Source: Myxococcota bacterium
Lineage (GTDB): Bacteria > Myxococcota > UBA4151
DNA: 64,000 nucleotides
Reading direction: 5' to 3'
NCBI GenBank assembly: GCA_036338695.1
Contig: JAYZBQ010000059.1
Location: 132-64,131 of the forward strand
Part shown: piece by piece, positions 1-8,426 of the stretch
Position numbering within the stretch: position 1 is the stretch's first letter
Layout of the letters: each line of letters starts with the position of its first letter
Program-made: the position numbers and the translations under genes
Notes under the pieces: generated by a model
What the model was told of the DNA's origin: nothing
The model's input: the letters and a program-made list of their open reading frames with translations, nothing else
Database searches by the model: none

Positions 1-1552
1 TGAAGTCCTCGAAGGCGCCATCCTGCGTGCGAGCGTCCCAATAAGCCTTGGCGACGGTCACGTGGGTGATGGCGTCGTCGAGATCATCCTCAAAGTCTTC
101 GCCGTCACCATCCACGGCGCGCAGGCGACCTAAAATGTAGGTCAACGACGAGGGGTAGTCGCGAGGCTCTGCGTTGACGGTGCCGATCGAGAAGTTTCGG
201 CTTGCGAACCCGTTGATCACCTTGATGCAGTACGACGTGTTGCGGCGGATGCTGTCGCCGCTGAAGTTCGCCGTATGCGAGGTGGCGTTCCATGCGATGT
301 TCACGCGCTGGATGCGCGTCCCGGTGCAGTTGGCGCTTCCGTAGAGGTCCATGTACGTCTGGTAGCCAGCCTGCGCGTTGAATCGAGCCGTGGCGCGAAT
401 CGAGGGTGCGTACTGATCAATGTCGGATGCCAGCGAGCCGATCGCCGAGTTGAGGTTGACCGCCCGCGACGCGTTGGCGTTGCCCGAGTCGGTCGCCGTC
501 ACCTTGACGCAGTAGCTCGTGCCGCGCTTGAGCCGGTTCCAGTTGTTGGTGTTGGTCCACGTGTAGGTAAAGCGGGTGTTGGCGGCGAGGTTTTGAGTGG
601 AGATCACGCTGCCACCCGAGCAGGCGTCTCCGCCTTCTGGGATGCGGCTGTTTTCATAGAGTTGAGCCCTCGCCGTCACTCGGGACGAGAGGTTCCAGGT
701 GGCTCGGAGCTCGGGTGTTGTGTTGTTCGAGACCGTAAAGGCGAGATTTTGGACGGCTGCGCCCATTCCGAAGTTGATCAGCTGCCGCCGCTCAGCCGTG
801 GTGAGGTTGGCGAGCACCTCGGTCGGTAAGTTAACTATGCGCTGCGCCTCCGAAAAACTCGCAGCCTGGTTTCGGTTTTGAGTCGTGAACAGCATGAAGG
901 TGACGGTGGCGTTGCCCGCTACCCTCACGTTGTTCCAGTCGATGTACAGGTTGTCACCGCTGCGCCGGACCGAGCTGGGTGCTCGTCCGCCCGCGTTGCG
1001 GTAGATAAAGGACAGCGAGGGGTCCCCGCCCCCGTTCGAGTAGTCATCGGTCGCTAGCCAGGTGTCGCTCGTGCTCCAGCTCGTGTTTCCGTCTGATGTA
1101 CGAGTAATTCGGGTTGCGCCGTCCGAGCCGAGGTTGCCGTAAATGCGGAAGTTCAGATTCCGTGGGCTTCCGCTGGTGTTGCGGACGTTCCAGATCGTGC
1201 GCCCATAGTTTCGTGAGTCTGGGTTGCCCGACGACGGCACGTACACGCGTGCCTGGACCTGAAACCCGTTGTAGGTTGGGTTGTTCGCGGAGCGAGCACC
1301 TCGGTTGGAGTACTCTCGGTAGTAGTAGGGGTAGCTCGTCGGGCGATACTGGGTGCCGTTGATCGTGGCGCGCCCCCAGCCATCAAAGGCGTCGATCGTG
1401 CCATTGTTCCAGTACCAGTAATAACTAAACAGGTCCCAGTAGTACCGGTCCTGGTCGTAGAATGTCACGTTGAAGTGACTCGCTTGGGCTTGTGATGGCC
1501 AGAGCGAGATCGCCAGGCAACTCATGAGAACAAATCGCAGATGTTTTAGCAC
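1..1552 (-). CDS. Large secreted/surface protein, 3' end beyond window (>517 aa)
   Basis: Absent from the ORF track because it has no stop in the window. Manual translation from GTG at 1552 (AAAGGGG RBS upstream) is open to base 1: MLKHLRFVLMSCLAISLWPSQAQA (Sec signal) then ...DAFDGWG...GNLGSDG...TDDYSNGGGDP..., followed by two Cys-paired beta-rich repeats ending RGTSYCVKV and RNTSYCIKV. Confidence 0.85.
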   Translation of the reverse strand, partial: MLKHLRFVLMSCLAISLWPSQAQASHFNVTFYDQDRYYWDLFSYYWYWNNGTIDAFDGWGRATINGTQYRPTSYPYYYREYSNRGARSANNPTYNGFQVQARVYVPSSGNPDSRNYGRTIWNVRNTSGSPRNLNFRIYGNLGSDGATRITRTSDGNTSWSTSDTWLATDDYSNGGGDPSLSFIYRNAGGRAPSSVRRSGDNLYIDWNNVRVAGNATVTFMLFTTQNRNQAASFSEAQRIVNLPTEVLANLTTAERRQLINFGMGAAVQNLAFTVSNNTTPELRATWNLSSRVTARAQLYENSRIPEGGDACSGGSVISTQNLAANTRFTYTWTNTNNWNRLKRGTSYCVKVTATDSGNANASRAVNLNSAIGSLASDIDQYAPSIRATARFNAQAGYQTYMDLYGSANCTGTRIQRVNIAWNATSHTANFSGDSIRRNTSYCIKVINGFASRNFSIGTVNAEPRDYPSSLTYILGRLRAVDGDGEDFEDDLDDAITHVTVAKAYWDARTQDGAFEDF

Positions 1553-1602
1553 GTAGAGCCCCTTTGCGATGACGATTGGAACGGTGGTTGAACCAATAAA
1601 TC

Positions 1603-1618
1603 AGCAAATTACATGCCT
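1603..1618 (-). promoter_or_regulatory. Sigma54 (-24/-12) promoter for the secreted protein gene
   Basis: Minus strand reads AGGCATGTAATTTGCT: GG-N10-GC spacing, close to the TGGCACG-N4-TTGCW consensus, about 50 nt upstream of the GTG start. Confidence 0.65.
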
Positions 1619-1746
1619 GAAAAGATCTTGGGCGCTCAGCCTTGGAAAATGCCAGTGTCTCGATGGTTTCGGGCAGTGCGAAGAGAGCGTGCGCAAAAAT
1701 TTCGTCCTTATCTGTCGCGTGGGCCTCCAAAAAACGTCGGTCGCCC

Positions 1747-1781
1747 AAAAACGCAAAAGACCCGCCGCAGGGGCGAGTCCT
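1747..1781 (-). terminator. Rho-independent terminator after rpsD
   Basis: Minus strand AGGACTCGCC-CCTGC-GGCGGGTCTT hairpin followed by TTGCGTTTTT, about 30 nt after the rpsD stop. Confidence 0.7.
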
Positions 1782-1808
1782 TCGCGTCGCGGAAGCGTTC
1801 TAAAGGCG

Positions 1809-2429
1809 TTAGACGCGCCCGGAGTAGCGCTCGACGACAGCGATCGGGTCGACGTCCAAGCAGACCTCTTCGGTCTGCGGTTCGCGCACGAAGGTGATCT
1901 TGTTGGGGCCTTCGCTGACATCCAAGAAGCCGGGGATCGGCATGCCGTGTCGGGGGTAGGCACCCTCTTCATTGAGCTGTTTGATCCACGTCGAGCGTTC
2001 TTTGATGGTGACGACGTCACCAGCCGAGAGCACCATCGAGGGGATGTTCGCGCGCCGACCGTTCACGAGGACGTGGTTGTGACTCACGATCTGGCGAGCG
2101 GCTCGGTTGGTCGGCGCAAGCCCTGCGCGAAACAGGACGTTGTCCAAACGGCTCTCAAGCAACGCAAGAAGCTTGGCATCACTGGCTTGCTTCGAGCGCA
2201 GCGCGCGCCGGATAACGTGGCGCAGCTGACGCTCCCGAAGGCCATAATGGAAGCGGAGTTTTTGGGTCTCTTTCAAACGCAGCGCATAATCGCTGGGTTT
2301 GCGAGGGCGGCGGCCCTGCCCATGAATTCCTGGTGGGTACATGCGCACGGTGTCTTTTTGTACGAGGCCTGGGAGTGCCACGCCCAAACGACGCACCTTG
2401 CGAAGTCGAGGTCCGGTGTAACGGCTCAT
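1809..2429 (-). CDS. rpsD: 30S ribosomal protein S4 (Cys-free, zinc-independent type)
   Basis: MSRYTGPRLRKVRRLG, SDYALRLKETQKLRFHYGL, LLESRLDNVLFRAG, ARQIVSHNHVLVNG. Start trimmed to ATG 2429 (206 aa). No N-terminal Cys cluster. Confidence 0.97.
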   Translation of the reverse strand: MSRYTGPRLRKVRRLGVALPGLVQKDTVRMYPPGIHGQGRRPRKPSDYALRLKETQKLRFHYGLRERQLRHVIRRALRSKQASDAKLLALLESRLDNVLFRAGLAPTNRAARQIVSHNHVLVNGRRANIPSMVLSAGDVVTIKERSTWIKQLNEEGAYPRHGMPIPGFLDVSEGPNKITFVREPQTEEVCLDVDPIAVVERYSGRV

Positions 2430-2430
2430 T

Positions 2431-2480
2431 GCGATGCCCTTTCTGGCTCTGGGGCACGGGCTTTTCAGCCCGTGCATCGC
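2431..2480 (-). promoter_or_regulatory. Structured 5' leader of rpsD (candidate autoregulatory RNA)
   Basis: Perfect GCACGGGCT-GAAA-AGCCCGTGC hairpin plus a GCGATGC/GCATCGC pairing that encloses the AAAGGG Shine-Dalgarno next to the ATG. Confidence 0.5.
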
Positions 2481-2557
2481 TGGTTTAAACGCCCGCCCCC
2501 AATAGGCGAGGCGGCGCTGGTTGCCCGGCCGAGCGCATCGAGGCAACAAAAAAGCGG

Positions 2558-3075
2558 CTAGTCGTTTGTCCGGCGGAGCGTCCAGCGCGATGCGACGCCT
2601 TTCGCTAGGGTGCCAGGTAGACCGGATTGGAAGGTCCACGTCCAGTGGTCCTGTGAGTGGGCCCAGGTGAGCCGGACTTGGAACTCGCCGGCGCTGTCAG
2701 GCGCAGGCTCTGATTCAAAGGAGCAGGCGTCGACCTGCTGCAGATCCAGCGCGCCCCAGCCGGGCACGTCCCCGACCAGCGCCTGCTGCTCGAGCGACCA
2801 GTGGAGCGTCTGGCGTCCCAACGAACCCCAAGCGGTATACCCCTCGCTCAACTGTGCGACGGTGCAGTGGATCTCGATGCGCTCACCGTCATCGGTGACG
2901 CTGTAGCCCTGCCATGAGCCGACGAGGCTCAGTGTTTGCCCTTGGTATCGCCTGCATGCGCCTTGTGTTTAGCGACTGCGGCGGCGCCGAGCTTATGCCC
3001 ACCGTAGATGGTGATCCCAAGTCCGAGCCCTGCGACCACTAAGAGCACGAGGAACGGTTTGAATGCGTCTTTCAT
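2558..3075 (-). pseudogene. Frameshifted membrane-anchored hypothetical protein (pseudogene or assembly indel)
   Basis: ATG 3075 with AGGAG RBS gives MKDAFKPFLVLLVVAGLGLGITIYGG... and stops after 48 aa. Adding one A in the AAA run at 2968-2970 joins it to the 2558-2851 frame and gives a 172-aa ORF. Confidence 0.6.
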
Positions 3076-3083
3076 GAGGACTC

Positions 3084-4916
3084 CTAGAGCTGAAGTGGGT
3101 TCCGCGCACGCTCTGCCTGTGCGGCGATGCGCTCTTCCTGGCGACGGCGGATGTTGTCAAGGCTGTCGTTCGGAATTGAGTCGATGAGCCGGCGTGTGTA
3201 GTCCTGCTCGGCTTGCTTGTAGATCTCTTCAGCGGGCCCCATCTCAACGATCTTACCTGCGTTCATGACCGCCATGACGTCGCTCATAAACTTTACGACG
3301 GAGAGGTCGTGGCTGATGAAGATGTAGGACAAGCCCCGTTTCTCTTGCAGCTCTTTGAGCAGGTTGAGCACCTGCGCTTGAACGCTCACGTCGAGCGCGC
3401 TGACCGACTCGTCGCAGATGATAAAGCTCGGATCGATCGCCAGCGTGCGCGCAATGCAGATGCGTTGCCTCTGTCCGCCAGAGAACTCGTGCGGGAAGCG
3501 CCGCAGGTGCTCGCCACCCAAGCCGACCTCTTCGAGCAGCGAGACGCAACGATCACGTCGCTCAGCGGCGCTGCTGCCGATGCCGTGGATCAGCATAGGC
3601 TCGGAGATCAGCGACTCGACCGGCATGCGCGGGTTTAGGCTGGAGTAGGGGTCCTGAAAGATGATCTGAAGATCCTTGCGCACGGCGCGGAGCTCAGCGC
3701 CTTGGAGCTTGGAGAGATCCATCAGGTCACTCTCGGGGCTGGGTCGGAACCGAACCGTCCCGCCCGTCGGCTCCACGAGCCGCAGGATCGCCCGCCCGGT
3801 GGTGGTTTTGCCGCAACCGGACTCCCCGACCAGCCCGAGCGTCTGGCGCGGGTGGACTTTAAAGCTGATCCCGTCGACCGCTCGCACGTAGTCGTAGGTG
3901 CGGCGCATCATCCCCTTCTTGAGGGGAAAGTAGACCTTGAGATCTTCGACCTCGAGGATCGGCGGCTCGTCCGAGTGCGGCATCTTACCCCGCCCAGAGT
4001 TGACCAGCTCGTCAAAGCGTTCCTCACCAAGGTCTTTAGCGACGACCACGGGATTACCGCCTGCGTCCTCTTGGACCTCCATGAAGTCGGTCACCGTCGG
4101 GAGGCGCTTGAAGGTGCTGTCGAGGCGCGGTCGACAGCTCAACAACCCGCGGGTGTACGGGTGCTGGGGGTTTTCAAAGATTTGACCCACCTCCCCGCAC
4201 TCGACCAGCTTACCCCGAAACATCACGGCGACGTCGTCTGCGATCTCACCGATGACCCCGAGGTCGTGTGTGATGAAGAGCACCGCCATACCGCGGCGGT
4301 CGCGCAGCTCACGGATCAGGTCCAAGATCTGCGCTTGGATCGTCACATCGAGGGCGGTCGTCGGCTCGTCGGCGATCAGAAGGCGCGGGTTGCAGCTGAG
4401 CGCCATCGCGATCATCACGCGCTGCTTTTGACCACCGGACATCTCGTGAGGATAGCGGTCGACGCTACGCGACGGGTCCGGAATACCGACCTCATCAAAC
4501 AAGCTGATGGTGCGCTCGCGCGCCTCCTCTTTGCTGATGTCCTCGTGCAGGCGGAGCGCCTCCATGACCTGCTCACCGACCGTGAAGACGGGGTTGAGGC
4601 TGGTCATCGGCTCCTGAAAGATCATCGCCATCTCTTTGCCGCGCATCTTGCGCAGCGCGCTGGCCCCGGTGGTCTGTAGGTCACGCCCGAGGAAGCTGAT
4701 CTTGGCAGCGCTGACCTCTGAGATCGCCTCAGGGAGCAAGCCCATCACGGTCAGCGAAGTGACCGATTTACCCGAGCCGGACTCGCCGACCACGCCCAGC
4801 GTCCTGCCAGCGCGAATGCCGAGTGAGATATCATCGACCGCCTTAACGACGCCATCTTCAGTGTGAAAGTAGGTCTTGAGACCTTCAATTTCTAAGACGC
4901 TTTCCGGGTCGTGCAT
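3084..4916 (-). CDS. Peptide/dipeptide ABC transporter ATP-binding protein with two fused ATPase domains
   Basis: Two Walker A motifs (GESGSGKS, GESGCGKT), signatures MSGGQKQR and FSGGQRQR, ADEPTTALDV, HPYT motif. Confidence 0.95.
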   Translation of the reverse strand: MHDPESVLEIEGLKTYFHTEDGVVKAVDDISLGIRAGRTLGVVGESGSGKSVTSLTVMGLLPEAISEVSAAKISFLGRDLQTTGASALRKMRGKEMAMIFQEPMTSLNPVFTVGEQVMEALRLHEDISKEEARERTISLFDEVGIPDPSRSVDRYPHEMSGGQKQRVMIAMALSCNPRLLIADEPTTALDVTIQAQILDLIRELRDRRGMAVLFITHDLGVIGEIADDVAVMFRGKLVECGEVGQIFENPQHPYTRGLLSCRPRLDSTFKRLPTVTDFMEVQEDAGGNPVVVAKDLGEERFDELVNSGRGKMPHSDEPPILEVEDLKVYFPLKKGMMRRTYDYVRAVDGISFKVHPRQTLGLVGESGCGKTTTGRAILRLVEPTGGTVRFRPSPESDLMDLSKLQGAELRAVRKDLQIIFQDPYSSLNPRMPVESLISEPMLIHGIGSSAAERRDRCVSLLEEVGLGGEHLRRFPHEFSGGQRQRICIARTLAIDPSFIICDESVSALDVSVQAQVLNLLKELQEKRGLSYIFISHDLSVVKFMSDVMAVMNAGKIVEMGPAEEIYKQAEQDYTRRLIDSIPNDSLDNIRRRQEERIAAQAERARNPLQL

Positions 4917-4994
4917 GAACCGTGCTCTCCAACTCGTCCGCTGCCCTATAGCCGCTTTGGTGCGCCCTGAGAAGAACGACCTGAAGCCACCAAC

Positions 4995-5477
4995 CTAATA
5001 GGGAATCCCGACCTTTTTGTAGATGAAGTGGATCAACCAAGCCGGCCCCACGAACAGGAACTGTAGGTCTTCGAGGAAGCTCGGTTTCTGTCCCTCGATG
5101 TGGTGGCCGATGAACTGCGCAATCCACGCCAGCACGAAGGTGATCGTACACACCTGCCAGAGCGAGTATGCGCTCGCCTCGATGGCGACGATGCCCCACA
5201 AACACAGCGCCGTGTAGGCCAACATAAAGACGCTGATGGACAGGCTGAGCCGAACGTAAAAGCCGAACAGCACCGCCAACATCGTGAGCGATCCAAGATT
5301 CGCATAGGGCGCTAAATCAGCCCCGAGAAGCGCCGTGCGACCCGGCATCGGTACAAGCCAAAGCAAGCCGAGCGTCGCAAAGACAATCACCGGCACACAG
5401 ACCCAGTGGATCGCCTTATTAACCGGGTTTTGATGGCTCTCGCCGTAGGCTTCGAACCACTCGTCTGCCGTCCGCAT
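4995..5477 (-). CDS. Mpo1-like / DUF962 family membrane protein
   Basis: MRTADEWFEAYGESHQNPVNKAIHWVCVP...QFIGHHIEGQKPSFLEDL. Start trimmed to ATG 5477. Confidence 0.9.
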   Translation of the reverse strand: MRTADEWFEAYGESHQNPVNKAIHWVCVPVIVFATLGLLWLVPMPGRTALLGADLAPYANLGSLTMLAVLFGFYVRLSLSISVFMLAYTALCLWGIVAIEASAYSLWQVCTITFVLAWIAQFIGHHIEGQKPSFLEDLQFLFVGPAWLIHFIYKKVGIPY

Positions 5478-5541
5478 TCGACCGCTCCCATTCGCTCCGA
5501 GTGTGGCCTGCTCTCCGGTGATGAGCAATACGCCGCGGCGT

Positions 5542-6810
5542 TTATTCTGAGCGCTCATTCGATGCGCGCAGGCGGCGCGCCATCTCGGCGGCGAAGTGAC
5601 GGTAGAACTGGATCGCCATGTCTGGGTGGGTGTCGAGCAGATGTTGAAAGTCGTCGTGTTTGATCGCCAAGACCGCGAGCGGGGTCGCAGCACGCACTTG
5701 CGCTGACGCCATGGCGTCGTCGATCAGCGCCATCTCACCGAACCATGAGCCGGAACCGAGCTGCGTGAGCTCTTTGCCGGAGGCTGTTCGCACCGAGGCG
5801 GTCCCTTTGATCAGGACGAACAGGTAGTGGTTGGGTTCGCCCGCCTCAATCAGGATGGCGCCCTCGCTCACGCGCTGACGAGCGAAGCTGTCGTAGAGCG
5901 TGCGGATCTGAGGCAGGGACAAGCCGGCGAGTAAGGGGTGACGCTGGAGGATCTCGATGCCTGCTCGCACGCGCGCATCGTCGAAAGCTTCTTTGGGTTG
6001 GTCGGCTTGTACCGACTGCGCCGGCGCTGAGCTCGTTTTGCAGCGCTTGAGCCGCTCGGCGACATCTTTGTAGCTAAAGTTCCAGCTCGCCAGCATCTCG
6101 AGCGGCGAGATCGCTTTGTGGAACTGACCTCGGTCCATCAAGATGACCGCTTGCTCAAGGTAGAGGTCTGCGTTGCCCTCTTCGATCGCCGCGCCGTTGA
6201 TGCCCATATCGAGCCGGCGGATCGCGAGATCGCTCATCTGAGCCTGGTGCAAACCACGCGCCGCCAACAGGCAAGCGCCACGAAAGTTGAAGTCATCGGG
6301 CGGTACCTTCTGCAGGAGCGGGATCGCGCGGTCCGCCCGGTTGGCCTCGAGCAGCGCCTTGCCGGCACGGTAGATCTCGCCGGCGCGCTCAAACGCCATC
6401 CCCGCTTTGAGCTTGTCTTTCATCGTGAGCCACAGCTCGGCCGCTTTGGTGAAGCTGCCCGAAGCCTCGTAGCAGATCGCTGCGCGCGCAAACACTTTGG
6501 CGCGCCAATACATCTCCGCAGCGTTCGCCGGGTCACCCGCCTTCTCGTACATCTGCCCGCTGCGCGCATAGTCGCCGAGCTGATCAAAGCATTCGGCCAC
6601 CAAGCGGAAGTGGCGCGCTCGGTGAAAGAGCGTTGCGAGTCGACCGAGCCGGTCTTTGTCGCGGCCGGTGCGCTCGATCAGCAGGTAGCCTAGATCGGCG
6701 CGACTCTTGGTGTAGTGCTCGGTCGCAGCGTCCATGCGGTTTTTCGCAAGGTGCGACTCGATGATTTTAATTTCTTGAGCGTGAGGTTGGTGCTGCATGG
6801 CGTGGACCAT
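5542..6810 (-). CDS. TPR-like repeat protein with C-terminal cyclic nucleotide-binding domain
   Basis: A/Y/G-rich helical repeats (AAEMYWRAK, AAICYEASG, AGMAFERAGE). The C-terminus has LFVLIKG...FGEMALIDDAMASAQVRA (cNMP fold). Confidence 0.8.
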   Translation of the reverse strand: MVHAMQHQPHAQEIKIIESHLAKNRMDAATEHYTKSRADLGYLLIERTGRDKDRLGRLATLFHRARHFRLVAECFDQLGDYARSGQMYEKAGDPANAAEMYWRAKVFARAAICYEASGSFTKAAELWLTMKDKLKAGMAFERAGEIYRAGKALLEANRADRAIPLLQKVPPDDFNFRGACLLAARGLHQAQMSDLAIRRLDMGINGAAIEEGNADLYLEQAVILMDRGQFHKAISPLEMLASWNFSYKDVAERLKRCKTSSAPAQSVQADQPKEAFDDARVRAGIEILQRHPLLAGLSLPQIRTLYDSFARQRVSEGAILIEAGEPNHYLFVLIKGTASVRTASGKELTQLGSGSWFGEMALIDDAMASAQVRAATPLAVLAIKHDDFQHLLDTHPDMAIQFYRHFAAEMARRLRASNERSE

Positions 6811-6837
6811 GGCGAAAAGTGCGTCAGCCGAAAACCC

Positions 6838-8226
6838 CTAGCCTAGGATTTCAAGCCCCTGGCGCGCTGTGACCTGCGCCGCCGGGCGGACGATGCGCTG
6901 GATACCCCCCACGAGGTCATAGTCATGGACCTCTTCGATGGTCAGCTCGACGAGATCGCCCGGGTTGGCCCAGCCGTCGTTGATGTAGGTGATGCCGTCG
7001 ATCTCCGGCGCTTGGCTCATCGAGCGCCCCTGGAGCAACAGCTCCGTCTCTTCGCTCACCCCGTCGACGAGGACTTGGATGGTCTGCCCGACCAGCCGCT
7101 CGTTGTGCCGCCGGTGGATCGACGCCTGAAGTTCCATGATCTTCGCCTGCCGCTCCGCCTTGACCTTCTCGCTGACTTGGTCGGGGAGGGTGGCTGAGGG
7201 CGTGCCCTCTTCTTGGCTGTATCGGAAGACACCGACGCGCTGGAACTCCATCTCTTTGACGAAGTCGTAGAGGGCTTGGAATTCCTCTTCGGTCTCACCG
7301 GGGTAGCCGACGATGAAGCTGGTCCGCATGGTCAGCCCCGGCACCTCTTGCTTGAGCCGGTGCAGGATCGAGCGGATCTTGTCGGGGTGGGTGCCGCGCT
7401 TCATGCGCTTGAGCATGTCCCCGTGGATGTGCTGGATCGGCATGTCGAGGTAGGGGAGCACTTTCGGGTGGTCCCGCATCAGCTCGAGCAGAGGCTCTTT
7501 GATGTTGCGCGGGTAGGCGTACATGAGCCGGATCCAGGCTAACCCGTCGATCTGAGCGAGGCGAGCCACGAGGTCATGGAGCGTCGGTCGCCCGGGGAGG
7601 TCCACCCCGTAGGCTGTGAGGTCCTGCGCCACCAAGATCAGCTCGCGCACGCCGGTCGCAGCGAGTCGCTCCGCCTCGACGGCGAGGTCCTCAATCTCTC
7701 GGCTATTTTGTACCCCGCGAAGTGTCGGGATGATGCAGAACGCACATTTGTTCGAGCAGCCCTCGGCGATCTTCAGGTACGCTGTGTGCCGCGGCATCGA
7801 GTTGACGCGTGGGACGGCGGAGGTCGCCACGAAGTCGGGGTCGGAGACGATCCGCCGAGGCATGTCGCCGGCTCGCTCGAGCACCTCAGAGATTTTGGCG
7901 TACTCGGCGGTCCCTAAGAAGTAGTCGACCTCTGGCATCTCTTCAGCGAGCTGGTCGGCGTAGCGCTGCGCGAGGCAGCCGCTCACGACCAAGGCTCGGC
8001 AGCGGCCATGGTCTTTGTACTCCGCCATCTCCAAGATCGCATCGACGCTCTCTTCTTTGCTCTCGTCGATGAAGGCGCAGGTGTTGACTACAATCGCCTC
8101 GGCGCGGTCGGGTTCGTCGACAACCTGCCAGCCCTTGACCCCCAGAATCGCCAACATGTGCTCGGCGTCGACCCGGTTTTTCGGGCAGCCGAGGCTGACA
8201 AAGTGGACGCGGCGATCGGGGATCAT
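6838..8226 (-). CDS. rimO: Ribosomal protein S12 methylthiotransferase
   Basis: SLGCPKNRVD, NTCAFI, radical SAM CSNKCAFC, QAPEIDG TRAM end. Start trimmed to ATG 8226. Confidence 0.95.
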   Translation of the reverse strand: MIPDRRVHFVSLGCPKNRVDAEHMLAILGVKGWQVVDEPDRAEAIVVNTCAFIDESKEESVDAILEMAEYKDHGRCRALVVSGCLAQRYADQLAEEMPEVDYFLGTAEYAKISEVLERAGDMPRRIVSDPDFVATSAVPRVNSMPRHTAYLKIAEGCSNKCAFCIIPTLRGVQNSREIEDLAVEAERLAATGVRELILVAQDLTAYGVDLPGRPTLHDLVARLAQIDGLAWIRLMYAYPRNIKEPLLELMRDHPKVLPYLDMPIQHIHGDMLKRMKRGTHPDKIRSILHRLKQEVPGLTMRTSFIVGYPGETEEEFQALYDFVKEMEFQRVGVFRYSQEEGTPSATLPDQVSEKVKAERQAKIMELQASIHRRHNERLVGQTIQVLVDGVSEETELLLQGRSMSQAPEIDGITYINDGWANPGDLVELTIEEVHDYDLVGGIQRIVRPAAQVTARQGLEILG

Positions 8227-8381
8227 GGGGACTCCTTGACGACCTACCTTAGCGAGAGATCCGGCAAGACGGTACCGGAAACCACGCAGCCCCAACCGAC
8301 CGCCGGATGGCGCTGAAAACGATGGACCGTTTGTCGATGAGGGACACGAGCCAACTTCGACCTGCTCGCAGCCGGTAGACT

Positions 8382-8397
8382 TGGCGCACCAACTGCG
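8382..8397 (+). promoter_or_regulatory. Putative sigma54 promoter of the T3SS-like operon
   Basis: TGGCGCACCAACTGCG has GG(8383-84)-N10-GC(8395-96) spacing, 30 nt upstream of the sctJ GTG and its GAGGAG RBS. Confidence 0.55.
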
Positions 8398-8426
8398 TTT
8401 ACCTAGCGTCTGCGAGGAGACACATC

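Noticed and set aside
1569-2561. 330-aa plus-strand ORF
   Set aside because: Antisense shadow of rpsD, with no recognisable motifs.
3702-4679. 325-aa plus-strand ORF and similar long antisense ORFs (14748-15749, 17120-18097, 54613-55935, 59581-60570, 61330-62142)
   Set aside because: They lie opposite well-supported genes. Long stop-free antisense frames are expected at high GC3.
3084-4916. ABC ATPase without adjacent permeases as a novel system
   Set aside because: Fused peptide-ABC ATPases are often encoded apart from their permeases.
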